This document shows, piece after piece, positions 61,701 through 64,000 of a stretch of DNA of 64,000 nucleotides. The notes beneath the pieces were generated by a model that saw only the letters and a list, made by a program, of their open reading frames with translations, was not told where the DNA came from and searched no databases. Within the stretch, counting starts at the first letter, position 1, and every line of letters begins with the position of its first letter. The DNA is from Auanema rhodensis (Eukaryota > Animalia > Nematoda): contig OZ059900.1 of the NCBI GenBank assembly GCA_964057225.1, positions 9,610,001 to 9,674,000 on the forward strand, given 5' to 3'. The translations under genes were made by a program, and so were the position numbers.

Positions 61701-64000
61701 GTTTTTTTTCGAAATTTTCTTTTTTTTATTGAATTTTGCTTTTAAATTATTCATGTTTTATGTATACAGACTAATGTTTAAATATCTTCATTCGAATATG
61801 AAACTGAGTGTTTACTACTATATCGTTTGTGCGCAGCTGATCATTTTTTCTTTTTTTTCACTGTTCTGCTATAGAGTTCACTTTTCTCATTTTGTTTCTG
61901 TTTTTGTAGACAATTTACTGAGAGAGTGTTCTTCTATATGTCGAAAATACCATGAACCAGAATGAAGAGGCTTCATGACTTATATTATGCTCCACAAAGC
62001 TTCTTTACGATCCCTTCATTTGATTATTTTTCTTTTCTTCACAGCTGGAGATATCATAAAAGAAATTCAATGGCATGACGATGACAAATTTTTCCGAAAG
62101 AAAAAGATTGTCAGGTGATGCTGTTGACGCAATCGCTTTTTCTACTTTCACTTGCTTATATCTCTGAATGAAATTCGCAAAAAAAGGGAAAAGACTAAAT
62201 ACGCGCACGAAAAGAGTTTTAAATGAGACAGGAAGAAGACGCGGGGTGCGTGGAAGCGTTACGAGGAAAAGTGATTGTGAAACAGGCTAACAAGTGGGAA
62301 TATGTATGGCTGAAGGATGATGTTGCTGGCGATGTGGTAGTTGTGGAAGCAAAAGGAGGAGAAACAGGGTGGATAGAAAAAGAGAAAGTGAGATTAGCCC
62401 GCGTGAGAAAGGAATTAATGTATAGGCGCAACAAACTAGCAGATACGTTTAGAGGCTGTAGATATGACGATATAAGCATAAGATTGAAAGAGTATTAGAG
62501 AGAAAAAAATAGAGAGAGAGAGAGGTAGAGAGAGAGAGAGACAATTCCCCCCCTCTCCCCTCATCCTACAAACGAACGTGTCTGGATATCGAAACGTGAC
62601 AGATGAGGACGACTGGATGCATGTTGTCGTTTTCCCTAACAAGATAGCCCAGTTGACGACGCAAACGTTTCTCTTGCATGTTGAAATGAACGCTTCTCAT
62701 CGTCATCGTTATCTTTAACACAGTCCACATTGCTCAAAAAAATTCATCATCAGCCACCGAAAGAAGAAACCGAAAAAACGCAGTAATTTGAACAATTTTT
62801 CAAGCTCAAAAAAAATTTTTGTACAATTATTATAAGCAGTGACGTTAGCATTTGTTTTACTGAGAAGAAGAGAAAAAAAACATATTTTGGATCAACTCTA
62901 CTCCGTTTACACAAAAATAATTTTAACTTACTCTTATCTAATTAGCATTGAAAACTTGGCCTGTTATTACATATGAAAAAATAATTTATTTTCATTTCTT
63001 TCATTATAATACTTCTAAATTTATCTTTTCATTCTTGAACAATATTTATTTTTCAATTGAAGCATGCTTAAAACTGGCATGTAACAATGTGTTCGAATGA
63101 ACAACATTCCTTGTTACTGTATTTTTTGAATAAATAACTATATATATATCTTCCTCAACTAACTATATATATATATATATATAGAAAGAGAAAAATACGT
63201 TCAAGCAGATGGTATAGTCTCCTAATTAAAGTGAGTAAATTATTCTTCTCTAAAGCTGTTATATACAATGACAGCTATACTTAAATAGATAGATAATATA
63301 CCATTTTATGAGCAGTGCTATCCATTGTCCACATCCATTTATACTTTTTCATTTTCTCTTGACAATCTGACCTCGTACCCAATTTCAAGCATTTTTCAAT
63401 TACTTTGCAGCCTCTGCTCAAATCTACAGCTTGAAATTTTGATTCTTCAAAATTTTGCCATTTTTGAGTAATTAATCCAATGAAATAAGCTTCATTACCT
63501 ATTATCTTGTAATTTAAAGTTTTGTGTAACATGGTTTTAATGAAACTTATTATATATCTCAGTCTTGTCTCTAGACAATTTATTCAACTTCTCACGATCA
63601 GTATGCATGGTCGACAACTCAATCACGTCAAAAGTTTTTTTCAATTCTTCTGTTTTTCCCATTGCATGCATCATCATTATTGGTATCTTGTTTTTTCTTT
63701 TATTTTCATATAGTAATAACTCATGTATTTTGTCAAATAATATGAAATTTACTGCTTTTGCATATTAGGCAATATAACTTTCTTATCATTAGAACATACT
63801 ATTCATTATTCTTGTCACCTTTCTGCTCATGGTAATGGTTGTTCTTTCTACTTTTCACAGAGGATTCACTGTTTTCCTTGATAGCCACGTCGTCAGGAAC
63901 GTGTCACTACTGTACCAACGAAGGCCAAACTGAAAGCTTAACAATCTTTGGCTTTATTTTCGCTTTTTATCATTCTGTCGCTCCTTTCCGATTTTTTTGT

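Noticed and set aside
62219-62642. 91-aa ORF 62223-62498 and its antisense ORFs
   Set aside because: GA-rich promoter-like tract with no recognisable motif or splice support; cannot be fully excluded.
1-64000. Telomeric TTAGGC arrays or DNA-elimination break sites
   Set aside because: Only isolated single hexamers were seen; no array and no motif I can support.

Overview
AT-rich (~30% GC by eye) eukaryotic DNA from a nematode, probably a rhabditid. Evidence: 40-55 nt introns with TTTCAG/TTTTAG acceptors, a C. elegans-like 5S rRNA, and a ser-2 orthologue. Conventional multi-exon genes built by hand: a 4-TM LAPTM-like gene (3967-5212 +), a secreted Cys-rich/Thr-rich gene (6089-8790 -), the tyramine GPCR ser-2 (25852-27753 +) and a secreted SXP/RAL-2-like gene (51185-55798 -). 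A decayed Maverick/Polinton-like relic with an adenain-type protease lies at ~16.0-18.1 kb. The most unusual part is an accessory island at ~28.9-46.8 kb. It holds two inverted cassettes of 5S rRNA (one intact, one decayed) + a shared CGCGGGAT promoter + an orphan coiled-coil gene, flanking a 4.1-kb palindrome with tRNA-like modules. A young Ty3/Gypsy element (identical LTRs, tRNA-Gln PBS, no protease, extra ORF) sits ~56 bp upstream of the intact 5S gene. The island also has a variant U2 snRNA with tandem 5'-truncated copies and a third orphan gene. Three miR-63/64-family hairpins cluster at 49.7-50.9 kb. All calls are by eye with no database searches; most ORFs in the supplied track are spurious.
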